Shown here piece after piece: positions 61,708 through 64,000 of a DNA stretch of 64,000 bases; within the stretch, counting starts at the first letter, position 1, and each line of letters begins with the position of its first letter. Location: the NCBI RefSeq assembly GCF_009914755.1, contig NC_060925.1, one strand, 5' to 3'. Under the pieces are notes generated by a model, which was not told the DNA's origin, searched no databases, and was given only the letters and a program-made list of their open reading frames with translations. The position numbers and the translations under genes were made by a program. Origin of the DNA: the human T2T-CHM13v2.0 reference genome, Homo sapiens.

Positions 61708-62003
61708 CTCACGAGTAGCCCTTCTATCAAAGCTCTTCTCAGGATGGTGGAGAATGGTGAATCTCAGCTCTCACAACATAAAAGTGCCAAATTCTTCTTA
61801 GTGAAAGAGGTGTATAGCCTTGATGTGCTAGATAAAAGTGGCCTTCAGAGAAGAAGCTCTCCACTGACCACGGGGCATGGTCAAATGTCCAGTTGGATTG
61901 CTGTGAGAGTCAAAATGATCCACTTGGCATTTTGTTGATATTGAGGTGTCAAACCTTTAACTAGTTGGCCACTCCTTCCAGTAAGCTTCTGTACACTGGA
62001 CAA
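61708..62003 (-). other. Candidate 296-nt alternative cassette exon in intron 1
   Basis: Non-repetitive, less AT-rich block with acceptor aactttctttcag|TTGTCCAG and donor GTGAG|gtacat. Confidence 0.45.
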
Positions 62004-64000
62004 CTGAAAGAAAGTTTGTTAAGAAGGCTCCCTTAAACAAAAGGTACAACTTATAAAATACACTGTTGTGGAAAGACAAGTATAGCTTCATTATCATATA
62101 GATGTAAACAAGGCAGAGACTAGGCTAAAATAAAGTGTAAAATGTGAGTTTGTTAATTTTTCTTTCCCCGTGAACATTTGGCAGAGTTAAAATTTTAGCC
62201 ATCATACATTTTATTCCCTGAAATGTATCAGTCACAGTTCCCACAGACTCTAGATACACATTTCCTTGTGGGTGTATGTGTAAAACTACCATAACAAAAC
62301 ATTTTCTATTTCCTCATTTTGATTAAAAGGAAAGAAGAAATGCTAAACTGCACTTACATAAGTGACAGTGCAATAGTGACACACCATCTGTGTACACAAT
62401 TTGTATTCTGTTTAAATTTAAAGTTATAATGATAAGGTGAGAAATGCTAAGAGCTAGGAAATAAAAATACACTTAGAAGCAGCCTATGTTGTACGCTCTT
62501 GAAAAACCTTAAGGAAGCTTTAAAGAGCAGCAAAATCACTTCAGGCCACTCAGGAAGAACTATGGCTTGAGACATTAAAAATGGCTGAGGAAAAATACTA
62601 AGAAATAGACATCAGAAAATTAAAAACGCCTGTAAACGAGGGTGACGTTATAGACCCACTAGCAGGACATATGAAAGTTGTGATGAGTTAAGCTGAGTCA
62701 GACACATATTCCTGCCTATTTCACATGTATCAACATCCTGTCTAGGAACCAGGGACAACTGATTAACAATGTAAGCACAGAATAGCTTTAAGAAAAGCTA
62801 ACTGACCCATCTGGGGAAAGAATACTCAAATTCTGCTCCATTTCTGTCATGCTCTGATGCAGCTAACCAAACAGAAATAAAGAGAATCCTTTCACATCAT
62901 GAGAAATGAAATTCGGATTTAGGGACATTATAAAATTATGCGGTATCATGAAATAAGAACTGCTCTGGAAATCAGAACCTGGGTTCTAGCTCTGGCTTTT
63001 CCATATACTAACCATATGGTCTAAAGGAATTCCCTTAAGCTATTTGAGACTGATTATTTTCATCTGTAAAACTAAAATAATGTAACCAGCCCTCCATTCT
63101 TACCAGAGTTCATTTGTGGCCCAAATAAATCATGTCTATTAAGGTGATTACAACCTAGATAGCATTATTTAATGTAAAATATTATTTTATAATAGCACAA
63201 TTCCCAGTCTAAAAATCTGTGAAACAGAAAATCCTTACCATCTAACCCAGAAATGATAAATGATTACATGATTCAAATTAGATCACAAACACCTATATTA
63301 TTATTAGATCCATTCCTCCAGCCCAAATGGGGGTGGTAAGTATACGTTGTTAGACCAGTGTAACTAACTTCAACAACTTTTTGTTTTGTTCTGTTTTGCA
63401 AATCCACCCAAGAATGCATTAACTTCAACAATTTTTTAAAAACAATTTCCACAATCCTCTCCTTGTGTCTCAACCATGCTCAGGAATTACAAGTACAATA
63501 ATCTCCTCAACCTCCCCTAGCCTTTCCTAGCTCAGAAATCCGACATAGGCCACTTCGCATGTCTGATCAGATAAGCTTTCCCAATGCTGAAAACCAACTG
63601 CTTCTAACCTTTTAAACCTGATTTCCATGAAAACTCAGGGGTGAAAGAAACAAATAATCCAACCAAATCAGTTCCTTCTTATTGAAAGAGTTCTTCATCT
63701 TTAATCTGAAATCCTAAATAATTTTTTCTATGAATCAATTGCTTCTGAGATGAGAGGTACAAGACACTACAAACTATGACCACACAAAAGATTTTTAAAA
63801 GCTTTTGATTCACAGTGAGTTAACCTACAAACTTGAAGTTACTAGACAATAGTACTTTTAGTCTACTCTTTAGGTGATCCATAATCTTGCATTGGCCATG
63901 AAGCAGAGCCTAAAGGGAGTCATTAAAAGAAACTGAAACAAGGTCTAGAGACAAATGTTCCCAGGCTATATATTCCAAAGGAGGAATTACCATGAAAGTA

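Overview
This is primate (very probably human) genomic DNA containing most of a NOTCH2NL gene, the partial NOTCH2 duplicate of 1q21, on the minus strand. Exons 2 (40148-40229), 3 (15604-15863), 4 (7325-7660) and the NOTCH2NL-specific terminal exon 5 (from 7074, stop at 6998-7000) have canonical splice sites. Spliced from Met40 they give a 236-aa EGF-repeat protein ending ...[28 protein letters not shown]. That tail and Leu210 point to NOTCH2NLA/B/C rather than NOTCH2 or NOTCH2NLR. Exon 1 is outside the window, so the exact paralog cannot be fixed. The rest is intron rich in Alu, L1, MIR, L2, LTR and hAT repeats. The most unusual structure is in intron 3 (11182-13749): one insertion flanked by a 5-bp duplication (ATGAA) but bounded by LTRs of two different families. 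It reads THE1 LTR + PBS region, an antisense 28S rRNA fragment, HERV-L integrase/dUTPase, then an MLT2A LTR, which looks like a fossil three-template reverse-transcription chimera. Other observations are templated micro-insertions, a recursive-splice-like exon 4, uORFs in exon 2 and a candidate poison exon in intron 1. Repeat subfamily names and literature links come from memory, not from a search.
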